This document shows positions 9,712-19,502 of a DNA stretch of 64,000 bases, in pieces; position 1 is the first letter of the stretch, and each line of letters starts with the position of its first letter. The notes beneath the pieces were generated by a model, which was not told the origin of the DNA, did not search any database, and saw only the letters and a list, made by a program, of their open reading frames with translations. The translations under genes and the position numbers were made by a program. This DNA is from Candidatus Hermodarchaeota archaeon. Its GTDB lineage: Archaea; Asgardarchaeota; Hermodarchaeia; Hermodarchaeales; Hermodarchaeaceae. The stretch covers positions 32,001-96,000 of the forward strand of contig JAEOTO010000032.1 of NCBI GenBank assembly GCA_016839805.1. Reading direction: 5' to 3'.

Positions 9712-9820
9712 GGGCCGATGGTCTAGCTATCTACTGGGATACTCCCCCGGTGGACTAGAAGGTTATGATATCGCGCTTACACCGCGATGGTCGGGGGTTC
9801 GAATCCCTCTCGGCCCACCA
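9712..9820 (+). tRNA. tRNA-Val(TAC) with a 32-nt BHB intron at 17/18 (9729-9760), encoded CCA
   Basis: GGGCCGA/TCGGCCC acceptor stem, TAC at 9778-80, GGTTCGAATCC. BHB with CTAG/CTAG central helix. Confidence 0.92.
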
Positions 9821-9931
9821 TCTTGTTACTCATCTTCACAATCATGATGAAAGACTACAGAGTTTGTCGCTGCCTAAAACCAGCAACATAAACTTATTAA
9901 AGAGCGTTATTTGTACCTGCAACGACCCCGT

Positions 9932-10017
9932 GCCGGGGTATCCTAGCCTGGTAGGGAGCAGGCCTGCTAAGTCTGTGTCCATGGGACTCACGGGTTCGAA
10001 TCCCGTCCCCGGCGCCA
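9932..10017 (+). tRNA. tRNA-Ser(GCT), long variable arm, encoded CCA
   Basis: GCCGGGG/CCCCGGC acceptor stem, anticodon GCT at 9966-68, GGTTCGAATCC. Confidence 0.95.
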
Positions 10018-10057
10018 TAAACTCTTTAGTACAAGTAGACTCGGAGATGTTTTGTCT

Positions 10058-10564
10058 ATGCCGTTTACTCCCTTTCATCTAGGTCCTGGACTCCTCATTG
10101 GATTGATTTTTTTTCCCCTGTTATATCTTCCAGCAGTCTTACTTGGAAGTATAATTGTGGATGTTGAACCACTAAGTTTTCTTATTCTTGGTCTCCCCGT
10201 TCTTCACCTATTTTTTCATACTTTTTTGGGAGCAACAATCATGGCTCTCATCCTTGCCCTAATCGTGTTTCTGCTCCAAGAATTATTGGGAAGCATAATG
10301 AGAGTTTTTCGTCTTCCACAAAAAGCCTCTCCTATGAACATAACTCTCGCCGCTCTGATAGGAGCCTATTCACATATTATTTTAGACGCGTTTTTGTATC
10401 CTGAGATGCAACCATTTTGGCCCCTATTGGGCAATCCCTTTCTTGGCCTTGTTTCGAGTTCCACGGTGTACCTTTTCTGCATAATCTGTTTCATTATAGC
10501 TATCCCATTATACATTTTCCAGATTTGGCGGATAAAACAGCAGACGAAGAAAATGATTATATAG
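10058..10564 (+). CDS. Membrane-bound metal-dependent hydrolase-like protein
   Basis: MPFTPFH, DVEP, HTF, SHIILD motifs with TM segments. Confidence 0.75.
   Translation: MPFTPFHLGPGLLIGLIFFPLLYLPAVLLGSIIVDVEPLSFLILGLPVLHLFFHTFLGATIMALILALIVFLLQELLGSIMRVFRLPQKASPMNITLAALIGAYSHIILDAFLYPEMQPFWPLLGNPFLGLVSSSTVYLFCIICFIIAIPLYIFQIWRIKQQTKKMII
10557..10563 (+). promoter_or_regulatory. TATA box of the SRP RNA gene
   Basis: TTATATA about 24 nt upstream of SRP RNA helix 1. Confidence 0.6.
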
Positions 10565-10586
10565 CGCCAAGTTGTGGAAGCTGGTT

Positions 10587-10932
10587 GGACGGTGAGCCTA
10601 GGCGGGGGGCTAGAAGCCCCGCAGCGCCGCTACGGGCTGGCTAAGGCTCCCCTGTACCGCAGATGCTCTATACGGCGGGCTGAATGCCGACACTAGGCTT
10701 TCTGACCTGTTGTACGACTTGCTGTTCGTGGCAGTGACGATCCGCCTCGGAGGATCGCTGGTGGCGGTAGGCTTTTCGTAGGAAGGGCTGAATCGCCTTT
10801 ATCAGGTAAACCCAGCGAGACCCGGGAGGGAGCAGCGTAAGCCTGTACTGTAGATGCTTCCGAGATCCGGGTCCGAGACCTGGCGGTGAGTACGGCATCA
10901 GTGAGGGTTGACGACCGTCGGGGCTCCCGTCC
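10587..10932 (+). ncRNA. ffs: Archaeal SRP (7S) RNA
   Basis: Terminal helix GGACGGtGAGCC/GGCTCCCGTCC, Alu-like CTAGGCGGGGGG...CCCCTGTA, helix 6 with GTAG tetraloop, helix 8 CCC-GGGA-GGGAGCAG, followed by a T tract. Confidence 0.92.
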
Positions 10933-10941
10933 GCCTTTTCT

Positions 10942-11883
10942 TCATGTATTTTGTGTAGAAAAACCTAGTTTCTGGCGGTATAAACAAACAGCGCATATGT
11001 CCTGAGAGGTTATTTCGCTACAGCTGTTGCATTTCTGATAGGGCTCGTCTTTGCTGCTTTTAATTGAATTAATAATTTTCAAAAAAGACGCATGTAGATT
11101 GAACTTAGAACCGGAATGTCGGTCTTCGAATGTATTCAGCCATTCACGGATTTCCGAGCGCAATGAAGTCTCCTTATATGGACAGGGTGGGTGGTAAAGA
11201 GGAAGTTGTAATAGTTTTGAATAGAGTGCAATATCCTTTTCCAGTAGGTGATACATGGGTTTGATTCGAGGAATAAGCCATCCCTCAACGCCTTTGAGGA
11301 AAGGAGTTATCCGGGCTAATCGTTGTAAATCACCCCGTACGAGATTCATCAACATAGACTGAACTTCATCATCTAAATTATGTCCTAAGGCTAGTTTGTC
11401 CGCATTGATTCTTCGAGCAAGGATGTTTAATCCCTGTCGTCGAAGTGTACCACAATACGCACAAGGAGAGAGAGGTGATTGGGTTTTTTGTGCCCGTTCA
11501 GCGATTTCATCTAGAGTTAGTGAAAAGATGTCTTGATAAGATGACGTGACATGTTCCACACTGAGTTGCTGAGTTACTTGCCGTAACACCCTTTGGCGTT
11601 CTTTATCTTGCCTATTACCTTCTTGAAGTGTAATAGCAATAACCTCAGACTCAGGAAACTGCTTTTGAATATCCACAAGTATTGCGAGCAAAACCGTGCT
11701 ATCTTTACCACCTGAATAAGCTACAGCTATTCGATCAGTCCGGTGGAGCATTTTGTACCTAGAAATTGCAGTTCGTATTGCTGCGATAACGGATACCCGG
11801 AAACAATTATCACATAAGGCTTCACCAGAATAGGGACGGGAGATGATCGAAGGAGCTTTGCAAATACTACATTCGTTAGTCAT
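10942..11883 (-). CDS. ncsA: tRNA 2-thiolation protein (NcsA/TtuA/Ctu1 family)
   Basis: SGGKDS PP-loop, CAYCGTLRR, GHNLDD, terminal zinc fingers. Confidence 0.85.
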   Translation of the reverse strand: MTNECSICKAPSIISRPYSGEALCDNCFRVSVIAAIRTAISRYKMLHRTDRIAVAYSGGKDSTVLLAILVDIQKQFPESEVIAITLQEGNRQDKERQRVLRQVTQQLSVEHVTSSYQDIFSLTLDEIAERAQKTQSPLSPCAYCGTLRRQGLNILARRINADKLALGHNLDDEVQSMLMNLVRGDLQRLARITPFLKGVEGWLIPRIKPMYHLLEKDIALYSKLLQLPLYHPPCPYKETSLRSEIREWLNTFEDRHSGSKFNLHASFLKIINSIKSSKDEPYQKCNSCSEITSQDICAVCLYRQKLGFSTQNT

Positions 11884-11930
11884 TTGGAACCAACTTAACA
11901 AGGAACACTAGCCAATAAATTTGCGTTTCT

Positions 11931-13121
11931 TTACCTAAAGAACATAGCTAGTAAAACGGGGTTCAGGATGGTAAAGAGAACATTCACAATAAGAATTGTT
12001 AGAGCTGTGATTCGGAGGCCCCAGAGCAGTACTCTACCACTTGTTCGCTCCAATGAGACAGTCACATCGATCAATTCCTTCCAGAGTCGATCACCATCTA
12101 AAGGCGGAATTGGTAGCAGGTTAATGAGACCGAGACTAATGGTGATAATGAAGAACCAGGCGAGGGCTTCCCGGAATTGAGCACCTCCGAGTGGCCCAAG
12201 TAAACTAAAGGGATAATGTAGTGGAACATACGTTTGTAAAAATATTCCAATAAAGGCTTGAGAGGAATTAGCCGGATTTCCACCAACATTAAGCGAAATT
12301 GGAGACAGCCCCTCCACAGTGAGAATTACTAGATCACCGGGATGAGCTCCCCTCATGAAATTACTAAGATCATCACTAGTCTGAATTGCGGTTCCATTCA
12401 TTCCAGTGATGACCATACCCGGTGCTAGGACACCATCAGCAGGGCTACCTGTTACAACCCTATTAACCAGCACACCACTTGGAATTGGGATTACAATAAG
12501 TGTGGTAAATACTAGGGCTATGAGCGCGACAGCTAGATTTGCTCCAGACCCAGCAGCAAAGAGCCGTGCACGTTGCCTGCGATTCGACTTGAGTTTAATA
12601 TACTCATCATCGGGTTCAACAAAGGCCCCGAAAAAGACCAGAAAAAGAAAAATCCCAGAACTCTTTACAGGAAGGTTATCAGCCCGTGCAGCTATACCAT
12701 GAGCAAGTTCGTGTGCAACGATGGCAACAACCAAAGGAATTAGAATCATCAAGAAAAACTGATAGGACATGGTAATTCCGGGGATGAGGGGGGCGACTGC
12801 ACCAGGGGTTCCGGGTTGTCCTAGAAGGACTTTGAGAAATTCCCAAATATTACTGCCCAAGGCGTAAAGTGAATAGATTGAGAAAAAGAAGCAGATCCCG
12901 ATAAAGGCTGACCATATGTATCGCCATGCGCGGGGATGCCAATTTCCGATGCGGTCTAAGAAATTATTAAATCGTTCAGTTCGGGCAAAAAGCATGAATG
13001 GACCGACTTCGATCCCATAGCGTTCTAGCTTGAAGTAAGAGGCAAGACCGATTATTATCATCCAGATAAGAAGGATTGCAAACCACGGTAGTAATAGGAG
13101 CAGGATGTCGGTTTGTAGCAT
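11931..13121 (-). CDS. Site-2 protease (M50 family) with PDZ domain
   Basis: HELAH, GAFVEPD, NLLPIPPLDG. Confidence 0.9.
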   Translation of the reverse strand: MLQTDILLLLLPWFAILLIWMIIIGLASYFKLERYGIEVGPFMLFARTERFNNFLDRIGNWHPRAWRYIWSAFIGICFFFSIYSLYALGSNIWEFLKVLLGQPGTPGAVAPLIPGITMSYQFFLMILIPLVVAIVAHELAHGIAARADNLPVKSSGIFLFLVFFGAFVEPDDEYIKLKSNRRQRARLFAAGSGANLAVALIALVFTTLIVIPIPSGVLVNRVVTGSPADGVLAPGMVITGMNGTAIQTSDDLSNFMRGAHPGDLVILTVEGLSPISLNVGGNPANSSQAFIGIFLQTYVPLHYPFSLLGPLGGAQFREALAWFFIITISLGLINLLPIPPLDGDRLWKELIDVTVSLERTSGRVLLWGLRITALTILIVNVLFTILNPVLLAMFFR

Positions 13122-13226
13122 TCGTGTTATCGCCTCAGAGGTCTCCACAGTCCACATATGCGGTATAAATGTGTGATGCACCGATGAGAGAGAAGCTTTT
13201 AAAAAATGCGGTAGGGGCTCGTTTTC

Positions 13227-13562
13227 ATGAATGTGAATCTAATGTCAGAATTTATTATCGTATTTGTCACTGTTGGAAAAGAACCCGAAGCGCAAACCAT
13301 TGCTAGAACCCTTGTTGATGAATCAATTGCAGCTTGTGTAGGAATAGTACGTCAGAAATCGATCTACCGATGGAAAGGAAAAATTGTTGATGATAACGAA
13401 TTCTTGTTAATAGTTAAAACTAAACACGATCAGTTTTCGAAACTTCGAGATACTGTGTTAAGGTTACATAGCTATGAAGTCCCTGAAATTATTAGTATTG
13501 AAATCCAACAGGGACATACTACGTATTTGGAGTGGATAAAAGAAAACGTTGAGACTGGTTAG
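13227..13562 (+). CDS. cutA: Divalent-cation tolerance protein CutA
   Basis: IAACV, SIYRWKG, LHSYEVPEII. Confidence 0.93.
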   Translation: MNVNLMSEFIIVFVTVGKEPEAQTIARTLVDESIAACVGIVRQKSIYRWKGKIVDDNEFLLIVKTKHDQFSKLRDTVLRLHSYEVPEIISIEIQQGHTTYLEWIKENVETG

Positions 13563-13586
13563 GTGTCAAATTAGGAACGAGCAAAA

Positions 13587-14300
13587 ATGCCACGAGAAAA
13601 ACCTGTACGCCGCGACACTGGAAGTCGAGAAGTAGAATATGCACCAGAACAATGGGAGATCCTTTCAGCCCTTCGAGAGCAAGCACTGACACTAATGACG
13701 GAACTTGAAAGCACTGGTGTAGAACCAATAGCCCATGGAAGTATTTGTCGTGGTGATGTATCTGAACACAGTGATGTGGACATATATCTTCCACGTGTCT
13801 TACCATCTTTTACTGTGGAATTGGCCTTAACCCAGGCTGGATATCAAATGATCCATCGGGAGTTAGTTCACGCAACTCCTTTCCATGCAATCAAAGCCCA
13901 TGTCTATTTACCGAAGAACTCGGTGGTCACGTTCCCATTGACTAGCCCTGCACCCATTGAGCTCGAATTTTACCGATTTGGTGGAAGTTTAACAAAACAG
14001 GTTATTCAAAATGAGATACGAGTTCCTGGAGTAGATAAACGACTTGTACTCATCGAACCGACCAAAACAGGTCACATAGAAACTCCTGTCATTGGTAATG
14101 AAATGATAGTAGCGAAAAAAGTCGGTGTTAACCTCAAAATCGTTGAAGAACGTGTGAAAATCCTAATGCGCCGAGACGAGGTTGGTCGAACTGGAGTCTA
14201 CTTAAAACGCCAACTTGCCCCAGAGGACACATTCGAATCACTACTCAAACAGGTTTGTGATCGTGATCCAGTCGTTCGTCGGAGAGTACAAAAGGGGTAA
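13587..14300 (+). CDS. Predicted nucleotidyltransferase (pol-beta superfamily)
   Basis: HGSICRGDV..SDVDI, EFYRFGG, PGVDKRL. Confidence 0.8.
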   Translation: MPREKPVRRDTGSREVEYAPEQWEILSALREQALTLMTELESTGVEPIAHGSICRGDVSEHSDVDIYLPRVLPSFTVELALTQAGYQMIHRELVHATPFHAIKAHVYLPKNSVVTFPLTSPAPIELEFYRFGGSLTKQVIQNEIRVPGVDKRLVLIEPTKTGHIETPVIGNEMIVAKKVGVNLKIVEERVKILMRRDEVGRTGVYLKRQLAPEDTFESLLKQVCDRDPVVRRRVQKG

Positions 14301-14306
14301 TTCAGT

Positions 14307-15392
14307 GTGACACGCGAAATTACTCTTTCACGAGGGAATTCTCCCCATATCGGAAGCCTTGTGAAGGGATGTCGAGAATGCATGAAAGGTGCAAAACTTG
14401 TCCTTTTTATTACAGGAAAGTGCTCAAAGTCGTGTTTTTACTGTCCCATTTCCGAGGAGAGACGTGACCGAGATATCGTTTTTGCTAATGAAGTAGAGGT
14501 AGATCACATCCAACAAGCTCTAACTGAAGCGAGACTCATTAACGCAACAGGTATGGGAATTACGGGTGGTGAGCCTTTAATTGAGGTGGAACGCACGTGT
14601 CAATTTATCCAAGCCTTCAAGCAGGAGTTTGGACCGAAATTCCATGTTCATCTTTATACGGGTCTTGAACCTGTGCCCATTAATGCCGTGGAGCAATTAC
14701 TAGAGGTTGGTCTCGATGAGCTTCGTTTACACAGATTCCATGTGGGACAAGATTACTCTCGATTACGTGAAGTGACTAAAGGTCGTGCCCGGTTGGGTGT
14801 GGAGGTTCCGATGATTCCCGGAATGATAAATCAATTGAAGAAGATGTTTCGCCAGCTTGATGAAATCGGCATCGACTTTGTGAATATTAACGAATTGGAA
14901 TATTCTGAAGTAAATGCAAAGGAGCTGAAACAGCGAGGATTACAGCTAGATCCTGATACGATGACTGCAGTTCAAGGCAGTGAAGAAGAAGCGATCACCC
15001 TTTTAGAATGGGCAACTACCGAGACACAGTTAAATGTTCACTTTTGTCCCTTATCACTAAAGGATGGCATTCAACTTCGAAATCGCTTCAGACGACGAGC
15101 AAAAAATGTAGCTAAACCATTTGAACAGATAACCGAAGAGGGATTACTGTTGAAGGGGATTATCACGCCACCCCCCAATATTTCCCTGATTGCTTTATCT
15201 AAGATTCTTCTAAACGAGTATCAGATTCCCCTTGACCAGTTTTGGATTAATGAATCACTCGGGCGAATCGAAACGTCAACTACTATTGTCCATCGGTTAG
15301 TTAACCAACTAAAGGTGAAGAAAATTCAAGTTGGTATCGCAGAAGAATATCCAACAATCAACCGAATTCAAGTATCTTATGTTCCCCTTTAG
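14307..15392 (+). CDS. Radical SAM protein
   Basis: CSKSCFYC, ITGGEP, HLYT. Confidence 0.85.
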   Translation: MTREITLSRGNSPHIGSLVKGCRECMKGAKLVLFITGKCSKSCFYCPISEERRDRDIVFANEVEVDHIQQALTEARLINATGMGITGGEPLIEVERTCQFIQAFKQEFGPKFHVHLYTGLEPVPINAVEQLLEVGLDELRLHRFHVGQDYSRLREVTKGRARLGVEVPMIPGMINQLKKMFRQLDEIGIDFVNINELEYSEVNAKELKQRGLQLDPDTMTAVQGSEEEAITLLEWATTETQLNVHFCPLSLKDGIQLRNRFRRRAKNVAKPFEQITEEGLLLKGIITPPPNISLIALSKILLNEYQIPLDQFWINESLGRIETSTTIVHRLVNQLKVKKIQVGIAEEYPTINRIQVSYVPL

Positions 15393-16483
15393 TTTTCAGG
15401 TAAGGAGAAGCGCAGAAGCGCCACAATTCCACCTAGTCCTTCAAGCTGTTTACCAGCCTGGTGTTCAGCACTAAATATTTCAATTGAACCCGCCTGCTCT
15501 TCGACTTGTCGCATCATGATTTCCATTTTTCGCCGTTGCTCCGGAGGAACCTCACGGAACGTCTTGTCAAGGATGAGCAAGGTTTCAACGGCCCCAAACT
15601 GAACTGCCCGTTTAATTTCATCCCACCCATACGTGGTTTTTCCTGTACCTTGACCTAGGTGCCGCATCACCTCATCCATAAGATGAACCTCTTGGTTTAA
15701 TCGAATCTCACTGGCGATTCGCTCGATTACACCCCGATTAAGAGCTTCATAGATACCACCTATTGTTCCAGTACTTACATGTTCTAAGAGAATGCGATCC
15801 TTGCTATTAGGCACTTTATTCTTCAGATAGGCAGCAAGTTTTTCTTTTGTTGAGCCAGGACCAACGATTACTACTCGAGTCACATCTGGTAATCGGTCGA
15901 GGAGCTCATGAAGCTGGGTGGCTATTCCGGCAAACATCTGGGTGATTGTATCGCCAGATTGAACATATTTTCCGTACTTTCCCCGAGCCGTGCCATGCAC
16001 TTCAACTCGAACATCAATACCTGAATCATCAATAATTCCAATCGACGCCTGGTCTTCTTCTACTGCTATGATAATGAGACGTTGACCTTTTCGTGACACA
16101 GCATCCTGTAACCGACGAAGTAGTGGACGTGGCCAGCTTTCCTTGACAATTTCAACCTTTAGTCCGGGTTCGATATTTATTGTGTGATAGGTTCCAAGCG
16201 AAACAAAATCTTGTGGACCCTCAAGTATTTGCCCTTTGACACGAAGACGGTTAGAGTACTTGTGCAAAGCTACTTCTTCCACCGTCAAACGAATAAACAT
16301 CCGACGACGTTCACCCTTATCCGGGCGAGCAGTATCTCCTAGATCTCGACGCACTCGGCGAACAGTTCGTGCTGCCACTTGATCACCAGGGAGGATAACA
16401 TTGTACAGGTGCCATAAGTCATCCATATCTTCAGGAACGACTACAACAAGTCCGGCTTTTAGTTTCTTAGTGACAATCTTCAC
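15389..16483 (-). CDS. pelA: Pelota/Dom34
   Basis: PEDMDDLWHLYNVI, NRLRVKG, GTYHT, LGGIVALLRF. Confidence 0.95.
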   Translation of the reverse strand: MKIVTKKLKAGLVVVVPEDMDDLWHLYNVILPGDQVAARTVRRVRRDLGDTARPDKGERRRMFIRLTVEEVALHKYSNRLRVKGQILEGPQDFVSLGTYHTINIEPGLKVEIVKESWPRPLLRRLQDAVSRKGQRLIIIAVEEDQASIGIIDDSGIDVRVEVHGTARGKYGKYVQSGDTITQMFAGIATQLHELLDRLPDVTRVVIVGPGSTKEKLAAYLKNKVPNSKDRILLEHVSTGTIGGIYEALNRGVIERIASEIRLNQEVHLMDEVMRHLGQGTGKTTYGWDEIKRAVQFGAVETLLILDKTFREVPPEQRRKMEIMMRQVEEQAGSIEIFSAEHQAGKQLEGLGGIVALLRFSLPEN

Positions 16484-16556
16484 GAACAACAGCCTCAGTA
16501 ACTGATTAGACCAAGATGCACACACATATTTCTATCCACTGCAAGATTACATTGAA

Positions 16557-17027
16557 ATGTTAAAGATTCGACCAATTGAAAACCACGAAGTAAATCAAAT
16601 AACTCAAATTGAATTTGAATCGTTCACTGACCCATATCCAAAGGACCTGTTCCAATATCTGGCAAAAATGTCGCCGGAATTATTTCTCGTTGCCGTTGAC
16701 GAAGACATAGAAGAAAAGGGAATTTTAGGATATGCAGTGGCTGATATTAAGCGCCACGTCCCATACCGAATTGGCCATATTCTGTCAATAGCCGTATGTA
16801 AGCAATATCGTCGAAGGGGAATTGGAAATCAATTACTCTCTGAACTAATACATTTGTTCAAGTCAAAAGGGTGCAACAGCATTGTGCTTGAAGTTCGAGA
16901 ATCGAATCTCAAAGCAAAAGCTTTGTATCAAAAGTTGGGTTTCTTCGAAGTGAAGCGAAGACGCAGATATTATGAAGATGGGGAAGATGCTATTGTAATG
17001 ACCTTGGATTTGGAGGCCGCGTTGTGA
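16557..17027 (+). CDS. RimI/Ard1-type N-terminal acetyltransferase
   Basis: HILSIAV, RRRGIG, LEVRESN, YYEDGEDA. Confidence 0.9.
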   Translation: MLKIRPIENHEVNQITQIEFESFTDPYPKDLFQYLAKMSPELFLVAVDEDIEEKGILGYAVADIKRHVPYRIGHILSIAVCKQYRRRGIGNQLLSELIHLFKSKGCNSIVLEVRESNLKAKALYQKLGFFEVKRRRRYYEDGEDAIVMTLDLEAAL

Positions 17028-18091
17028 ATCCCCCTGAACCCCAATTATGCTTATTCATCCTATCAGGTGAGCACGAGACACTTCCACAAGCAGAACTCTG
17101 TGCAGCATTAGAAGCAGAGGGCTATGCTTTTACGATTCATAATCGTCATCGCCGAATTTTACTTCTTAGAGTTGATCCTGAAGGGGCAAAAATTGCGACG
17201 CAACGCGCTGGGCTAGTCAATCATGCAAGCATTGTAGCTTTTGAATCTCCTACAATTGAGGAGACAATCCTTCAATTTATGAAAAAGACAAAGTTTGAGC
17301 AGTGGCTCAAACCCCAAAATCGGTTTAGCGTGAAAATTACCCGCGTTGAACGAGAATCTATCCCAATTGATGTAGATGAACTTCAAGGTAAACTGGGCTC
17401 TCAAATTTGGCATGTCATGAACGGAAGCGTTGAAGTAGACTTAGCAGCCCCGGATGTTTTATTCCTAGGCGTAATCGCTGGTAATCTGTTCTTTTTTGGT
17501 CCTCATCTCGCTTCACGCGATCGAGTTGGGTTTTTTCAGAGACGCAGTCCACATCGCCCATTTTTTGTTCCTAGCGCAATTCACCCCAAAATTGCTCGGG
17601 TAATGGTCAATTTGAGTCGGGTAGCTGCCAGCGACCGGTTCTTTGATCCCTTCTGTGGCACAGGTGGACTTCTCATCGAAGCCGCAGACATTGGTAGCTT
17701 TCCCATAGGTCTTGATATCGATATTTCAATACTCGCAGGGTGTCAAAAAAACCTGAATCATTATGGGTTTAATTTCAATGGGATAATAGCTGATGCACGA
17801 GCACCACCAATACGTTCGGAAAAAGTAGAGGCAATTGCCACAGACCCTCCTTATGGAAGGTCGAGTTCGACAAAAGGGTCAGCGGTTGTCAATCTTATCG
17901 AAAAAAGTCTAACGGCAATTGCGGATACCCTCGTACCAGGGGGTTATCTCTGTCTTGCTTTGCCCTTAGAGTATTTTAAAGAAGAAATTATACCTAAAGA
18001 CAGCTTTGAAATTGTAGAGATGCATACAATGCGAATTCACCGAAGTTTACAACGACATATTGTTGTCTTACAAAAGAAAGAGCAGTGTTGA
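17024..18091 (+). CDS. trm11: THUMP-domain tRNA (guanine(10)-N2)-methyltransferase
   Basis: LSGEH, DPFCGTGG, TDPPYGRSS, HRSL. Confidence 0.88.
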   Translation: MNPPEPQLCLFILSGEHETLPQAELCAALEAEGYAFTIHNRHRRILLLRVDPEGAKIATQRAGLVNHASIVAFESPTIEETILQFMKKTKFEQWLKPQNRFSVKITRVERESIPIDVDELQGKLGSQIWHVMNGSVEVDLAAPDVLFLGVIAGNLFFFGPHLASRDRVGFFQRRSPHRPFFVPSAIHPKIARVMVNLSRVAASDRFFDPFCGTGGLLIEAADIGSFPIGLDIDISILAGCQKNLNHYGFNFNGIIADARAPPIRSEKVEAIATDPPYGRSSSTKGSAVVNLIEKSLTAIADTLVPGGYLCLALPLEYFKEEIIPKDSFEIVEMHTMRIHRSLQRHIVVLQKKEQC

Positions 18092-19011
18092 AATTAGAAA
18101 TGAGGGTACATTTCTTAGGAGTAGGGGGTGGCATTCCTTCATTGAAACGCTCTTTACCAGCGATAGCTATCTACTTCCGTGGGAAAATCATACTCTTTGA
18201 CTGTGGCGAAGGCACTCAAACTCAGTTAAAACACGCTAAACTTAGCCCTCAACAGATAATTGAAGTCTTTATCTCACATCTTCACGGTGACCATGTTCTT
18301 GGTTTACCGGGATTACTTTCCACAATGGCCATGCTTAACCGTTCAAAGCCATTGACTGTGTACGGTCCGATCGGCATCAAGAAATTCATTGAAGTCACGT
18401 TAGAATTGACTAAGGCACAACTCGAATTTGATTTAACAACCAATGAAGTTGAGGAAGGAACTATCTCCCGCCAACCCCAATACCGAGTAGACTGTCTTCC
18501 TGCTCTCCATAGCATTCCTTCGCTTTCCTTTATTCTTCGAATGGCAGACAAACCAGGGAAATTCGATGTCTCGAAGGCTCAAAAATTAGGAATTCCATCA
18601 GGTCCACTTCGTAAACGCCTTCAGCAAGGAACTCCTGTGAAAGATTTGACAGGAAAAACAATCTATCCAGAAGACGTGATTGGACCTTCACAAAAAGGTA
18701 TAATTATTGCCTATTCGGGTGATTCTGCACCAAATCCTAAATTTGCAGCAAAAGCAATGAAAGCCCAACTTCTCATTCATGATGCCACTTTTTCTGATGC
18801 ACACATTGATAAAGCAGCAGAATTTCTTCATTCAACCGCCTCACAAGCAGCTCAAATTGCCGTTCAAGCCAAAGCAACACAACTTGCATTAGTGCATATT
18901 AGTCCACGATACATCGCATCCACGGAACATGAAAACGAAGCAAAAATAATTTTTCCTCGGAGCTTTGCCCCTAATGATCTTGACGTGATTTACCTAGATG
19001 CTTATGGCTAG
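18085..19011 (+). CDS. rnz: Ribonuclease Z
   Basis: FDCGEGTQ, SHLHGDH, exosite GP loop, HISPRY. Confidence 0.95.
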   Translation: MLKLEMRVHFLGVGGGIPSLKRSLPAIAIYFRGKIILFDCGEGTQTQLKHAKLSPQQIIEVFISHLHGDHVLGLPGLLSTMAMLNRSKPLTVYGPIGIKKFIEVTLELTKAQLEFDLTTNEVEEGTISRQPQYRVDCLPALHSIPSLSFILRMADKPGKFDVSKAQKLGIPSGPLRKRLQQGTPVKDLTGKTIYPEDVIGPSQKGIIIAYSGDSAPNPKFAAKAMKAQLLIHDATFSDAHIDKAAEFLHSTASQAAQIAVQAKATQLALVHISPRYIASTEHENEAKIIFPRSFAPNDLDVIYLDAYG

Positions 19012-19045
19012 AAGAGATCATCACTTGATCTATATTCATAGCAGA

Positions 19046-19483
19046 TTATTCGAGTTTAAGGTCTTTCCGAAACTGCGGTTTTCCTTTTACCGTTGGTGGA
19101 GCAACATAGTCAATAACATCCTGCAAATTATTTGCTTGGATTTCAACTCGTATTGGACCCATACCTGAGACGTCATTCTCATCAGAAAGATGAAACCGAT
19201 TCATGAAAGCGGCTTGGCGTTGCATCCAAAAAACCAACGTATCATTTTGAAGAGATTTCATGAACCGTTGTCTAACCGCCTCTAAAATGCGCTGCTCACG
19301 AAACTTCTTAGCCAAAGTAGTAATGGACTCAGACCCTGTGGCAAACCCCTTTAATATTGTCCGATTTTTTGAACCCTTGTCCGCATCTATAGTAATCGGA
19401 GGGCACAGATTTTTGAAGGCTAACTTAACCTTTTCTAAATCCTCGGTCGGTTTGATATCCGCCCATAATCTGAAATGAATTAT
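19046..19483 (-). CDS. UPF0201/DUF54-type RNA-binding protein, probable ATA start at 19483
   Basis: Frame extends upstream as IIHFRLWADIKPTEDLEKVKLAFKNL; also EQRILEAVR, RQAAFM, GPIRV. GGAGG 8 nt before ATA. Confidence 0.75.
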   Translation of the reverse strand: MIHFRLWADIKPTEDLEKVKLAFKNLCPPITIDADKGSKNRTILKGFATGSESITTLAKKFREQRILEAVRQRFMKSLQNDTLVFWMQRQAAFMNRFHLSDENDVSGMGPIRVEIQANNLQDVIDYVAPPTVKGKPQFRKDLKLE

Positions 19484-19502
19484 TGACTAACCCTCCATTG
19501 CC

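Noticed and set aside
9844-9890. Box C (ATGATGA) between the two tRNAs, suggesting a C/D sRNA
   Set aside because: No convincing box D or D' and no identifiable target
10417-10898. Short ORFs over the GC-rich region, and similar ORFs over the tRNAs at 9644-10082 and 22996-23307
   Set aside because: They overlap the SRP RNA or tRNA genes and have no protein-like features
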